Shown here piece after piece: positions 1 to 10,356 of a stretch of 64,000 nucleotides of DNA. The translations under genes were made by a program, and so were the position numbers. The DNA is taken from positions 1 through 64,000 of the IMG/VR virus record IMGVR_UViG_3300042287_000745, one strand, 5' to 3'. How positions within the stretch are numbered: the first letter of the stretch is position 1; every line of letters starts with the position of its first letter. This DNA is from a virus. Under the pieces are notes generated by a model. That model was not told the origin of the DNA, made no database searches, and saw nothing but the letters and a program-made list of their open reading frames with translations.

Positions 1-1
1 A

Positions 2-1255
2 AATTTTATTGCTCAGTTTTCTGACTCTAATAATTCTTTGTATTTGTTTCTAGCTAAACCTAGTATTTGGTCAACTGAATCAGAGTTACCAAATGATCCT
101 GTAGATACTCAGCCGTCCTATTTTAATATCTGGGACGAAATGATTAGCTTAAAAAAGATAAATCCGGTAAATATAGTCTCAGTAGTTAAACGAATAAATT
201 GGGTAAGAAATAGTGTTTATGCCGAATATTCCCATGATGATGCAAATCTATATCTTAAAAATTACTACGTAATTAATAGAGATTATGATGTATATAAATG
301 CATAGATAATGCAAAGGATGCAGAATCAACAATTGAGCCTACCGGAAAAAGTTTAAACATTTTTAGTACTTCGGATGGGTATAAATGGAAGTATTTGTAC
401 ACAGTATCGACATCTGATAGACTCAAATTTTTAACTGATAATTGGATGCCTGTTAGAACAAATCCAGATGTAGCAGCGGTTGCTAAAGATGGGGCAATTG
501 AAAATATTAAAATCCTTAATGGTGGTATAGATTATTCTGTACGAGCAAATGTTATTATTACGGGTGATGGCACAGGTGCTAATATTACAGCTAGACAAAG
601 TTTAGGTGTGATATACGATTTTAACTATATTAATACTGGAACAAGATATAGATTTGCGAAAGCGGTTTTATCTGATAGTAATAGTAGCGGTAGAAGTGCA
701 AATATAAAAGCAATATTGAGTCCATTAGGTGGACATGGGTCTGATCCAATCGCAGAACTTAATTCTAACTATATTATGATTAATGTTCGCACAAATTATA
801 ATGAAGGATATGGGGATTTTCCTGCAGGATTTTCATATAGAAAATTAGGCATTATACGAAATCCAAAAGATATAACAGGAAATATTGCATATAGCTCTAC
901 TTTAAGTTCGTTAAATGGATTGTCATTAACAAACAGTAATGGTACTTTTTTAAATAATGAATTTATAGAAGGACTTGTATCTGGCGCAAATGCGTATGTA
1001 GTAACTGCAAATATTGTAACCGGCAATGGATATATAAAACATATTCAGTCGAATGATTTAACATATAATTTTAAGAATTTTGCAATAGGTGAACAGATAG
1101 TAGGAATGGTCTCAGGCGCTACCGCTACCGTTTCTAATACTTTATTAGCAGAAGTAATATCGGATACTGGAGAAATTCTGTATATTGAAAATAAATATCC
1201 AATTACTAAGTTACCCGATCAAACAGATAGTTTACATCTTGTATTAGAATTTTAA
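2..1255 (+). CDS. gp8: Baseplate wedge subunit, T4 gp8-like (5'-partial)
   Basis: Motifs YYVINRDYDVYKCIDN, STIEPTG, DGYKWKYLY, WMPV and the C-terminal GEILYIENKYPI...LHLVLEF are typical of T4-like gp8. The frame is open from base 2, so the start lies upstream of the window. Confidence 0.85.
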   Translation, partial: NFIAQFSDSNNSLYLFLAKPSIWSTESELPNDPVDTQPSYFNIWDEMISLKKINPVNIVSVVKRINWVRNSVYAEYSHDDANLYLKNYYVINRDYDVYKCIDNAKDAESTIEPTGKSLNIFSTSDGYKWKYLYTVSTSDRLKFLTDNWMPVRTNPDVAAVAKDGAIENIKILNGGIDYSVRANVIITGDGTGANITARQSLGVIYDFNYINTGTRYRFAKAVLSDSNSSGRSANIKAILSPLGGHGSDPIAELNSNYIMINVRTNYNEGYGDFPAGFSYRKLGIIRNPKDITGNIAYSSTLSSLNGLSLTNSNGTFLNNEFIEGLVSGANAYVVTANIVTGNGYIKHIQSNDLTYNFKNFAIGEQIVGMVSGATATVSNTLLAEVISDTGEILYIENKYPITKLPDQTDSLHLVLEF

Positions 1256-1264
1256 GGAAAAACC

Positions 1265-4200
1265 ATGGCAGTAAATACTTCAGTCTCCCCATATTTTGAT
1301 GATTTTGACGAAACTAAAAATTATGTTAAAATACTATTTAAACCCGGATTTGCCGTTCAAGCAAGAGAACTTACTCAAACGCAATCTATACTGCAGAATC
1401 AAGTAAAGGCAGTAGGCAATTTCTTATTCTCAGATGGGGCAAAAGTAAGAGGACCGAAGCCATCGGTAAATGAAAATTCTCGAACAATTAAGTTAAAAAC
1501 TACAGATGCTCTCGGTATACCTATAAATCTACAAAGTTTGCTAGGTACATATGTTACCTCAGCAGATTCTGAAGTATTAGGTATAGTGGAATTTGTTTAT
1601 GAAGCGGATGATCCTAATATAGGTGATCCTCCAAGTGTAGTTGTGTCTTTAAAGAGATACAATACTTCTAATGCGGGTATGTTTAATCAAGATACACAAT
1701 TAGATTTTTATCTTGATTATACCGATGCATTAAACAAATATACTCCCAATTATACTGCATTGACCGCAACAGATATTACAAAGAATGCGATTTGCACCGT
1801 TACGCAATATTCTACGTTTGTTACATTAGACAATCCTAGTACAATTATAGAAGTAGGTGATCTTTTAGTTCATCCTAAGATTTCAAAATTAATATATGTG
1901 ACATCTATAGTAGGTACACAGACATTAGAAATAAGCGAGCCACCTGGCACTTCTTTTGGTAGTGAAAATATTTCGTTTGTGAATAAAGCAACAAACCCTA
2001 CTACAATTTTTACACAAGATACCGCAGTATTTTATAAATCTGGGTATTTTATAACATGCGTAAATCAAAAAATTGTACCGGATAAAAGAACCGCATATCC
2101 GACTAAGTTAATTGCATTTTTATCGGATCAACAAATTATTACAAGTGACGATGATCCTAGCTTATTAGATCCTGCATTAGAAAGTTCTAATTACTTTGCA
2201 TCTGGTGCTGATAGATTAAAAATTGATTTAAATTTAGCGTCTTTAGATTTAGCAAATACTACAGAAGAAGATAAAAATTTAATACCATTATTAGTTTTCA
2301 ATAAAGGCAAAATTGAATATAACGTAGAGCTTTCTAATGATGCAGAATTAGATAAAAAATTGGCGGAAAGAACATATGACGAATCGGGTAGTTATGTTGT
2401 AGACCAATTCCAAATATCTGCAGATAATACGTTAGAAGCAAACGTAGATATGAGATTTAAAATATCTCCAGGTAAAGCATATGTGGGTGGGTATCAAGTT
2501 AAAACAGTCGATAGTACAGAAATTCTTGTACCTAAGCCAGGCGCGACTGAAACCAAATTAGGATTTAATGTTAATACTACATACGGAAATTATTTTAGAG
2601 TAAATGGTTTAAGTAAAAAAATTATTTCTCCGTCGGATTTAGTTGCAAGCTCATTATTTTTAGAATTACACAATGTAGAAAATCCTACATCAAGTGATAC
2701 TTTGGTTGGTACGATAACCTATAAAAATATAGAATATGATAGTTATATTGATTCCGTTACAGGAACCGTATTAAAATTATTCTTTCATGATTATTCGCCA
2801 GTTAAGGAAGCGTCTGCATCTTGGTCAGAATGGGCTTTTAAATATAATATACCAGTAGAAGAAGGACAATATATAGCTTCGGAATTATATACGACGAATG
2901 CTCTATTAGGAAATTTTGGTGCTGCAAGTACACCGTACTATGGTATTTACAGAGAACCGGATACTGGAGGATTGGCGTATTGGCATTCCGGATGGGTTGC
3001 AGCAGGAAAAGACATTTCTAAAATTAAAGAAAATTTTGTATTTTCTATTCCATCCGGGGATATTGATTATGATAGAGTTAGAACAAGTGTAAAGACATAC
3101 TTAGAAAGAATTAATAATAGTCCATTCTATGACGGATTATTAAATACTAGACAAATTCGAAGTATAGTAGGGGTTGCGAATAATTTAACATCGCATGGAA
3201 CATCTGCGACCTATTCTAATCCATTCTTTTATGCAAAAATTGCCGCTAGCGGAATTAATACCAAAAGCGGAGAAGCAATATTCTTTGATAGTAATAAAGA
3301 TACTACATCGTTAATATCGCCAATTAGTAAATCTTATATTAAAACTTTAGATAGATTAAATACAAATTATACCAAAGTTGTTTCAAGTGCAGTATTCTCC
3401 TCAGGCACACATTCTAGAACAGTGTCATATCCAGAAACATTTGCATTGGGAGACGGAGTAATTCCTGCTAGCACTGCAAGAGCAAACTTCATAGTATTAG
3501 TTAAAACGGGTGCAACCGTAAATGTTCCATTAGGTGTATTTAATTTTGAAAATGGTACCGTAACGATTTCATCAGATGCAACTACCGTAAATTTTGATTT
3601 AGGTGATCCTACCTTTACCGGGCTTTGCGATATTGCAATGGTTATAGAAAATAATGATGTAGTTCCTAGAACTAAGACGTTAGTTGAAAATCATGCAGTA
3701 ATTACAAATGTATCTCTAGCAGAACTCCCATTCTCATTAGGTGTATCAGATATTGTATCGTTTAATGGTGTTTATAAAATTGATAATGTGTCGGATACCA
3801 CATGGGCAGATTGGGCAACTGAATTTGGAATACCTGAAGTAGATGGTAGGTATATTGCAGCGCAATTATATGAAACCAATGCATTATTAGGAAATTTTGG
3901 TACTCCGGCGACCGCATTTTACGGACTATATAGAGAACCCGATACGGAGGGTGTAGCATATTGGTATAATAGATGGATTGCTGCCGGTAGCAATATTAAT
4001 GCAATAAAAGAAGATTTTGCATTAGCTGCACCATTTGGTACTATAGATTATGCTAGAACTCGGACAAGCTCCAAAACCTTTTTAGAAAAAGATAACAATA
4101 GTCCTTTCTATGATGGATTATCTTTTAAGTATCAGGGTCAATGGAATTCTGCAACGTCATATACATATGATGATCTTATAGTATATGGATCTGCCGTTTA

Positions 4201-6139
4201 CAAAGCTATTGCACCGTCTGCAAATGTGTCTCCAACAGATTCGCAGACCTGGATATTAATGCAACAGGAAAATTCCAGAGACTATAATTTAGATAACGGG
4301 CAACGAGATCAATTCTACGATCATGGTACAATTACATACGTTAATCGGGATATCGAAGCAGTACCACCTGGACAGGTTTTAACCGTTATAAGTTATTTTA
4401 CGCATGCAGGCGAAGGCCCCGTTACAGTAGAATCATATCCTGCGAATTTTTATAGCAGTATTCCTGTATATAAATCTGTAGTAGATGCAAAAACATATAA
4501 TCTTAGAGATTGCTTAGATTTTAGACCAAGACGAGTAGATGGTTCTAAATATCAAAATTTTGATACTGCAATTATTCCGAATTCAACAGTAACTACAGAA
4601 GTAGATGTAACATATTACATAGGAAGAAAAGATAGAATTTATGTAACGAACACTCGTCAAAATTTTACTTCACCTTATGATAAGTTTTATGTCGAAGTAG
4701 GTAAAGAGTCGGTAAATCCTGAGGCAAGTACAGATAATTCAGATTTAACAAAATTATCAATTGCAACATTAGATATTCCTCCATATGCAATTAATGGGTT
4801 TGATGTTAAAATCACATACGAAGATAATAAACGATTCACTATGAGAGATATCGCTAAATTGGAAAATTTAGCAATTGACTTAGATAGAACGGTTAAATTA
4901 CAAACTGCAGAACTTGCAATTTTAAAATCAATAATTTTAGATACAGATCAAGAAACAGAATTATTAAAATCTGGTATTCTAGTTGAAAATTTTGATGACT
5001 TTAATACTGCGGATTTAGCATCAGGATATTTTACTTGTGTATTAGATAATGATGCAGGAGAATGTTATCCAGGATTTGATTCTTCAAATATTGATATGTT
5101 ATTAGTTCAAGATACAGATATTTACTTATTCAATGATATTATAACGAAAAAATATGTAGAAGAAATTTATGTTTCTAATTTAGAAGCAAACTCTACTATC
5201 GCAGTCAATCCTGGCGGAATAGATGACGGTAAAGGTAGAGCTAAAATTTCTAAGAGCAATAGTTTTGCAATTAATATGTTATTAACCGGCGCAGCATTAT
5301 ATGGCTTATATGAATATTTTAAAGGAGCATCCTGGTTAAGTGAATCTACTCTTGCAGTAGTATGGGAAACTGCAAGAACGTTAGGGTATACGGTGCTTGA
5401 AACATTTACTACAATAGACGGGTTTCTAAAAATGGTTTCTTGGCCATATAGGGCAGCCACAGGAGCAATTGATTGGATTTATGGGTTAGCTAGCGGATCA
5501 TCCTCATTAACCGGTAGTGGAGGAATTGTATCAGCGGTAGGTCAATCAGTATTTGGTCAAGCTGCATGGGGTGCTGTATCGCAGGGATCTACATTAATTG
5601 CAGACGCATTAGCAAGCATTTTTAATCAATCATTTAGTGCAACATTAACCGGAGTTTCTACAGGTATAGGTTTGATTACTTCAGGTTTAGTCACAGCGAC
5701 TTGGGGTTCATTGGCAGCAGGTGCGTCGAGTCTTGCGGCAGCAACCACCGGTATACCTATATTAGGAACAGCAACTGCGGCAATTGCTAGTAGTGCGGCG
5801 TCTATAACATCTGCACTATACGCAGCAGGACCATTTATTCAAGTAGTAGCAGTAGTGGCATTAGCATATGCAGCAGTAAAAGTCGGCCAATGGATTTGGA
5901 AAGGTATTAAGAGTCTATTTTCAGATGAGCGGATGAAGGAAAATATTAGATTTAAGAAAAAATTGCCGAATGGTTTAAGGTTATATGAATTTGAATATAA
6001 GAAACAATTTAAAGGCATTGCAGGGCACGGCAAGTATTTAGGGTTTATGGCGCAGGATGTAGAAAAACTATATCCTAATGCAGTAAAAATTGAAAGTAAT
6101 GGTTACAAATCTATAAATTATTCTTTAATAGGAATTTAA
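1265..6139 (+). CDS. VrlC/DUF4815-like large virion protein, N-terminal part, ending in an intramolecular chaperone (peptidase S74-like) domain
   Basis: N-terminus SPYFDDFDETKNYVKILFKPGFAVQARELTQTQSILQNQ, then GADRLKI, LAERTYDESG, LRDCLDFRP, NKRFTMRDI and LKSGILVENF, all VrlC-like. C-terminal SDERMKENI...YEFEYK...GFMAQDVEKLYPNAV resembles an S74 chaperone. RBS AAGGA. Confidence 0.75.
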   Translation: MAVNTSVSPYFDDFDETKNYVKILFKPGFAVQARELTQTQSILQNQVKAVGNFLFSDGAKVRGPKPSVNENSRTIKLKTTDALGIPINLQSLLGTYVTSADSEVLGIVEFVYEADDPNIGDPPSVVVSLKRYNTSNAGMFNQDTQLDFYLDYTDALNKYTPNYTALTATDITKNAICTVTQYSTFVTLDNPSTIIEVGDLLVHPKISKLIYVTSIVGTQTLEISEPPGTSFGSENISFVNKATNPTTIFTQDTAVFYKSGYFITCVNQKIVPDKRTAYPTKLIAFLSDQQIITSDDDPSLLDPALESSNYFASGADRLKIDLNLASLDLANTTEEDKNLIPLLVFNKGKIEYNVELSNDAELDKKLAERTYDESGSYVVDQFQISADNTLEANVDMRFKISPGKAYVGGYQVKTVDSTEILVPKPGATETKLGFNVNTTYGNYFRVNGLSKKIISPSDLVASSLFLELHNVENPTSSDTLVGTITYKNIEYDSYIDSVTGTVLKLFFHDYSPVKEASASWSEWAFKYNIPVEEGQYIASELYTTNALLGNFGAASTPYYGIYREPDTGGLAYWHSGWVAAGKDISKIKENFVFSIPSGDIDYDRVRTSVKTYLERINNSPFYDGLLNTRQIRSIVGVANNLTSHGTSATYSNPFFYAKIAASGINTKSGEAIFFDSNKDTTSLISPISKSYIKTLDRLNTNYTKVVSSAVFSSGTHSRTVSYPETFALGDGVIPASTARANFIVLVKTGATVNVPLGVFNFENGTVTISSDATTVNFDLGDPTFTGLCDIAMVIENNDVVPRTKTLVENHAVITNVSLAELPFSLGVSDIVSFNGVYKIDNVSDTTWADWATEFGIPEVDGRYIAAQLYETNALLGNFGTPATAFYGLYREPDTEGVAYWYNRWIAAGSNINAIKEDFALAAPFGTIDYARTRTSSKTFLEKDNNSPFYDGLSFKYQGQWNSATSYTYDDLIVYGSAVYKAIAPSANVSPTDSQTWILMQQENSRDYNLDNGQRDQFYDHGTITYVNRDIEAVPPGQVLTVISYFTHAGEGPVTVESYPANFYSSIPVYKSVVDAKTYNLRDCLDFRPRRVDGSKYQNFDTAIIPNSTVTTEVDVTYYIGRKDRIYVTNTRQNFTSPYDKFYVEVGKESVNPEASTDNSDLTKLSIATLDIPPYAINGFDVKITYEDNKRFTMRDIAKLENLAIDLDRTVKLQTAELAILKSIILDTDQETELLKSGILVENFDDFNTADLASGYFTCVLDNDAGECYPGFDSSNIDMLLVQDTDIYLFNDIITKKYVEEIYVSNLEANSTIAVNPGGIDDGKGRAKISKSNSFAINMLLTGAALYGLYEYFKGASWLSESTLAVVWETARTLGYTVLETFTTIDGFLKMVSWPYRAATGAIDWIYGLASGSSSLTGSGGIVSAVGQSVFGQAAWGAVSQGSTLIADALASIFNQSFSATLTGVSTGIGLITSGLVTATWGSLAAGASSLAAATTGIPILGTATAAIASSAASITSALYAAGPFIQVVAVVALAYAAVKVGQWIWKGIKSLFSDERMKENIRFKKKLPNGLRLYEFEYKKQFKGIAGHGKYLGFMAQDVEKLYPNAVKIESNGYKSINYSLIGI
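2819..4120 (+). repeat. Two 107-codon internal repeats (2819-3139 and 3800-4120) with a DUF4214-like REPDxxGxAYW motif
   Basis: SWSEWAF...LYTTNALLGNFG...YREPDTGGLAYW...NNSPFYDGL versus TWADWAT...LYETNALLGNFG...YREPDTEGVAYW...NNSPFYDGL. Confidence 0.9.
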
Positions 6140-6141
6140 AA

Positions 6142-7878
6142 ATGGCGACAACAAGTACTATTAGTACAGCTAAAACATTGAAAAAAGATGTTCCGGTATA
6201 TGCTGGGTCAGAACTTATGTCCTTTGCTGTATCTGAGATGCCACCTAACATTAGAATTTATTCGTATGTAAATGGCGTCAATGTTACAAATTTTACCGGG
6301 CCAGTTACTACAGGCGCATTAATCGCTGATCCAATTGTAACGGATCAGTTAGGTACCGCAGTAGGATATCTTTATATTCCTAGTACAGAAGGACAATATA
6401 AATTTTTAGCAGGTGAAATACGTATAACATTTGGCGATAGCCCCAACGGGGTTGCGGATTGTAAATATGTGTCCGAAACAGTTTTAATGAATCATGGGCT
6501 TAACCTTGTAGATACTGAACAGGGCGGTACTATATCATTAAGAAGAACTGAAAAATTTAGAGCAGATAATTCTGGGTCATCGGGCGATCCTAGTATAACA
6601 ACTACTCGGTTAGATCCGTTATCGCAGACTTTCTCTGTAGATGAAAGTGCGTATCCTTTAGGAATTGTATTGACCGGTATAGCATTGTTTATTTCCGCAA
6701 TAGATGATAAATTTCCGATAGGAGTAGAATTACGTCCTATGTCTGGAGGAACACCTTCGACCACCGAATATTTTTCAGGTACTTCCATTTTTGTTGCACC
6801 AACAAACATACCGGCAGTACCATTGCCCGGTCAAAATTATCAAGCAACAAATTTTACTTTTGATTTTCCAGTATATTTAAAACCTGGCGAATATGCATTT
6901 TGTGTAGTAACAAAATCATCAAAGTATACAATATTATCTGCAAAACGAGGCGATGGTAAAATTGTAAAAAATCCGTTTGCGGGTAGATTATTTAAAGCAC
7001 AAAATACTGGAAATTGGGTAGGTGATGATAATGAGGATTTAACTTTTTATCTTAGAAAAGCAAAATTCGAAACAGGAACATCTACATTTGAATTAATTTC
7101 CCCAGATATTAAACAGATTGATTATAATAGAATTCGCTTATTATCTACAGATATCGCATTAGGCGATACTGCATTTGCAGAATATAAAATTGTAACAACT
7201 AACGATAGCGTAAATCGAGACCAAAATGACGCAAAGGTAATAAATGCGGGCGATGCGTTAGATATTGCAGGAAGGCAAAGTATAAAAGATGCGGGTGATA
7301 TTAAACTGCAGATTTCAATAACAACGAAATCGCAAGACGTATCTCCAATATTAGATAAACAACTAATTAAATCGCAAGTATTTAGAACAAATATTACTCC
7401 ATATACTACAAACATATCCGACTCTGAGTTAAATTCTAATAATGGTGACGCATTAGCTAGGTATATTAGTAAAGTTGTCACATTAACGGAAAATTTAGAT
7501 TCAACCGGATTAGAAGTTAGAATGGAAGTTAATAGAAAAGTTGGGTCTGATATTGAAGTTTTTGCGAGAGTTATATCTAGAAACGACAAGTCGTATACCG
7601 CCGGTATTGCATCAAGACCATGGACTCGGGTTCCTTTAGCATTAGGACAAACTAAATCGTTTGCCGGTACAGACGATACCCTATTTACTCAAGAAATTTA
7701 TAAATTACTTGAACCTGGATTTGAATATACACCCACTAAAACTTTATCAGACACAGAAGGTCAAACTCCTACGTATGATGACTTTTTTCAGTATCAAATA
7801 AAGGTTGTTTTCTATGCGGCTAACCCAGTATATTTGCCAAAGATAAGAAAATTAATTGCAACATCTTTAATTGCATAA
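6142..7878 (+). CDS. VrlC/DUF4815-like virion protein, C-terminal part as a separate ORF
   Basis: DPLSQTFSV, TNFTFDFPVYLKPGEYAF, GRLFKAQNTGNW, EDLTFYLRKAKF, DVSPILD, ARYISKVVTL and FFQYQIKVVF...PKIRKL are typical of the C-terminal half of VrlC-like proteins. Confidence 0.75.
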   Translation: MATTSTISTAKTLKKDVPVYAGSELMSFAVSEMPPNIRIYSYVNGVNVTNFTGPVTTGALIADPIVTDQLGTAVGYLYIPSTEGQYKFLAGEIRITFGDSPNGVADCKYVSETVLMNHGLNLVDTEQGGTISLRRTEKFRADNSGSSGDPSITTTRLDPLSQTFSVDESAYPLGIVLTGIALFISAIDDKFPIGVELRPMSGGTPSTTEYFSGTSIFVAPTNIPAVPLPGQNYQATNFTFDFPVYLKPGEYAFCVVTKSSKYTILSAKRGDGKIVKNPFAGRLFKAQNTGNWVGDDNEDLTFYLRKAKFETGTSTFELISPDIKQIDYNRIRLLSTDIALGDTAFAEYKIVTTNDSVNRDQNDAKVINAGDALDIAGRQSIKDAGDIKLQISITTKSQDVSPILDKQLIKSQVFRTNITPYTTNISDSELNSNNGDALARYISKVVTLTENLDSTGLEVRMEVNRKVGSDIEVFARVISRNDKSYTAGIASRPWTRVPLALGQTKSFAGTDDTLFTQEIYKLLEPGFEYTPTKTLSDTEGQTPTYDDFFQYQIKVVFYAANPVYLPKIRKLIATSLIA

Positions 7879-7879
7879 A

Positions 7880-8086
7880 ATGAATAAACAATTTTTAGCA
7901 ATTGAGAATAATACGGATTATGTTAAAGATCCGGAGAATGGTGCCATTTTAAATACAAATTTAAGAATGGTACAAGAGTATCGAGAAAAAAGAAAACAAG
8001 CTACACGAGTTCGTGCGTTGGAAACGGAAATAAATATGTTAAAAGCCGAACTTGAAAAGATTAAAACCCATTTAAATTTAAGTTGA
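7880..8086 (+). CDS. Small conserved T4-like virion-region protein with a coiled-coil C-terminus
   Basis: YVKDPENGAILNTN motif, commonly seen after VrlC-like genes. Start at 7871 or 7880. Confidence 0.6.
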   Translation: MNKQFLAIENNTDYVKDPENGAILNTNLRMVQEYREKRKQATRVRALETEINMLKAELEKIKTHLNLS

Positions 8087-8090
8087 AAAT

Positions 8091-9707
8091 ATGCCAGTAT
8101 CCAAAAACCTTTCAAATGTAAATGTAGGTACCACTCCTAATGCAGGAGATGGCGACATACTACGTGATGCTTTCATTAAGGTAAATGAAAATTTCAATTC
8201 TCTATACTCGGGAGGACAAATTTTTGCATACGGAAGCGATCAAAAACTTTCTCCAGGTTTTACGTGGGCGGGGGATAAAGATACGGGTATGTTTAGAAAA
8301 GCTGCAGGGCAAATTGGCTTTTCATTAAATGGGGTAGAATCTCTTTTAATAAACGAAGATGGAACAATTACCTGGTATAATCAAAATTTAGCCACACAGG
8401 ATTATGTAACTGCCCAAATAACGAATTTTACGGGTGGGGTAAGTGCTGCTAATATAGTAGTAAATACCGGCTCAGGCAATACTACAGTTACGATTAATGG
8501 AGTTCCTGTTGTATCAGCATTACCGACAGTAGGAAACGAAGAAGGTAGAATTGTTTTCTATACTGGAGATATATGGATATATTCAAGATATCCTATTGGA
8601 AACGGCGCAGGGTTGGCAGCAAATCCAAGCATAAGTAGATTAGCTGGTTCGGATTTGCGGTGGGATAGATTCCGAGGAACTACTGCGTTTACTATTGGTA
8701 CAATTAGACCAATTTCTTCCCCCGAAGGTACTTTATTTTATGAGACAGGCAATTCCGCAGCATATGTGTACTTATCAGGCACATGGAAAACTTTATCAAG
8801 TGTAATTGCGGGTACATCTCTTACAGGTATTGAAGTATTAGTATCATTACCGGCAGTCGGCAATCCGGCAAATTATTCAGGCAGAACTGTAGTAGTAGGT
8901 AGTGTTGCATATATTTTTATAAGTGGAGCTTGGCAAACATTAGCCAGCTATGTATCCGGTGCTAGCGGTAGTAGCGGCATAGGTGCAGGCGCAACATTAC
9001 CATCAACATTATCAGCAAATGTAGGTGATTTATTTAGAAAAACTGGAACTAATGCCGGATTATATATTTTTGATACTTCAGCATGGCGTACAATATCAGC
9101 ATATACGGGTAATACGGTTATTGCAAGAGTACCAACATTATCTTCATTACCTTCCGATATATCAAATTATAATGCCGGCGATCTAATTATTGTAGGTGGC
9201 ACATCCTATATTTTAAATACGGCTAAAACTTCGTGGAATTTTTATACACCTGGAGTATCTGGTTCAGTTACAGGCATAGTATTAAATGCGGGACAAGTAG
9301 GTAACGTAGAGTTGGCTTCAAACGCGGTTATAACTAGTAAAATTGCATCCAATGTTATTATTGGTAGTAAATTAGTAAGTAATACTATTACAACTAGAGA
9401 AATTGCCGATTTTGCAATAACGTCTGCAAAGTTAAGTACAAACTCTGTAACATCTACAAAGATACAAGACAATTCGATTACCGGTAATAAATTAGCAGCA
9501 AATACAATAGATGGCACAAAAATTGTTGCAGGTACAATACAACGAGCACAATTGGCTCCAAATATATTTACAGGTATATCAGTTAGTGCGAATAATCTAT
9601 CAGAAATTTCGCAGAATTTAGGTACAGTAACTACCGGTGTATTAAGGTCAACCGACGGTAGAATGGTTATAGATTTGAACAGTAAGTTTATTCGAATAGA
9701 AATTTAA
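8091..9707 (+). CDS. Tail fibre/connector: gp9/gp10-like N-terminal anchor, repetitive shaft, gpJ-like C-terminus
   Basis: N-terminal VNVGTTPNAGDGDILRDAFIKVNENF is the T4 gp9/gp10 anchor motif. Decameric ITxxKIAxxx repeats follow, and the protein ends LSEISQNLGTVTTGVLRSTDGRMVIDL. Confidence 0.7.
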   Translation: MPVSKNLSNVNVGTTPNAGDGDILRDAFIKVNENFNSLYSGGQIFAYGSDQKLSPGFTWAGDKDTGMFRKAAGQIGFSLNGVESLLINEDGTITWYNQNLATQDYVTAQITNFTGGVSAANIVVNTGSGNTTVTINGVPVVSALPTVGNEEGRIVFYTGDIWIYSRYPIGNGAGLAANPSISRLAGSDLRWDRFRGTTAFTIGTIRPISSPEGTLFYETGNSAAYVYLSGTWKTLSSVIAGTSLTGIEVLVSLPAVGNPANYSGRTVVVGSVAYIFISGAWQTLASYVSGASGSSGIGAGATLPSTLSANVGDLFRKTGTNAGLYIFDTSAWRTISAYTGNTVIARVPTLSSLPSDISNYNAGDLIIVGGTSYILNTAKTSWNFYTPGVSGSVTGIVLNAGQVGNVELASNAVITSKIASNVIIGSKLVSNTITTREIADFAITSAKLSTNSVTSTKIQDNSITGNKLAANTIDGTKIVAGTIQRAQLAPNIFTGISVSANNLSEISQNLGTVTTGVLRSTDGRMVIDLNSKFIRIEI

Positions 9708-9708
9708 T

Positions 9709-10356
9709 ATGCTAGGTCATAATGTTCCTGATGAATTTTTTAAGATTTTAGAAAAAGAAAATAAATTATTTCTTAGTCAACAAGAAGGTAAATTAATTTT
9801 AACAGATACTGCAAATAAATCAGTAGTATTATTATTAAAAAAAGTAAATGCAGAAGTAGATAAATTAACCTTCGAAGAACGAGAGTTATTGAATTTTATA
9901 AAAATACCAATTGTTACAATAGGTTCTTCTAAAAATATTTCAGAAATTTTTATACCTAATCGGTATTTTGAGAATGCTAATTTTGAAAATAGACCATTCT
10001 TACATGGTTTATTTGATTGCTACACATTGATAAGAGATTATTATAAAAGAAATTTTAATATTTACTTGCCAACAAATATACAAAGAAATTGGGAATGGTG
10101 GACTCAAGGTGAGAACTTATATGTAGATAATGCAAAGGATTATTCATTCGAAGAAGTATCCGATATACAAAAGCATGACGTATTAATTATGAGGATAGGA
10201 AGCTCTATGCCAAATCATGGGGCAATATATTTAGGTGAGGGAAAAATTTTGCATCATTTAGCCGGAAGATTTTCTACTATACAAGATTTGACGCTAAGTT
10301 ATAAACAAAAAATTGCTGTAATTTATAGAAATAAAATATTAAAAAATGTCGACTAA
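9709..10356 (+). CDS. NlpC/P60 (C40) peptidase, lambda gpK-like tail assembly protein
   Basis: RPFLHGLFDCYTLIRDYY (catalytic Cys), WWTQGENLY, PNHGAIYLGEGKILHH (catalytic His). Confidence 0.85.
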   Translation: MLGHNVPDEFFKILEKENKLFLSQQEGKLILTDTANKSVVLLLKKVNAEVDKLTFEERELLNFIKIPIVTIGSSKNISEIFIPNRYFENANFENRPFLHGLFDCYTLIRDYYKRNFNIYLPTNIQRNWEWWTQGENLYVDNAKDYSFEEVSDIQKHDVLIMRIGSSMPNHGAIYLGEGKILHHLAGRFSTIQDLTLSYKQKIAVIYRNKILKNVD

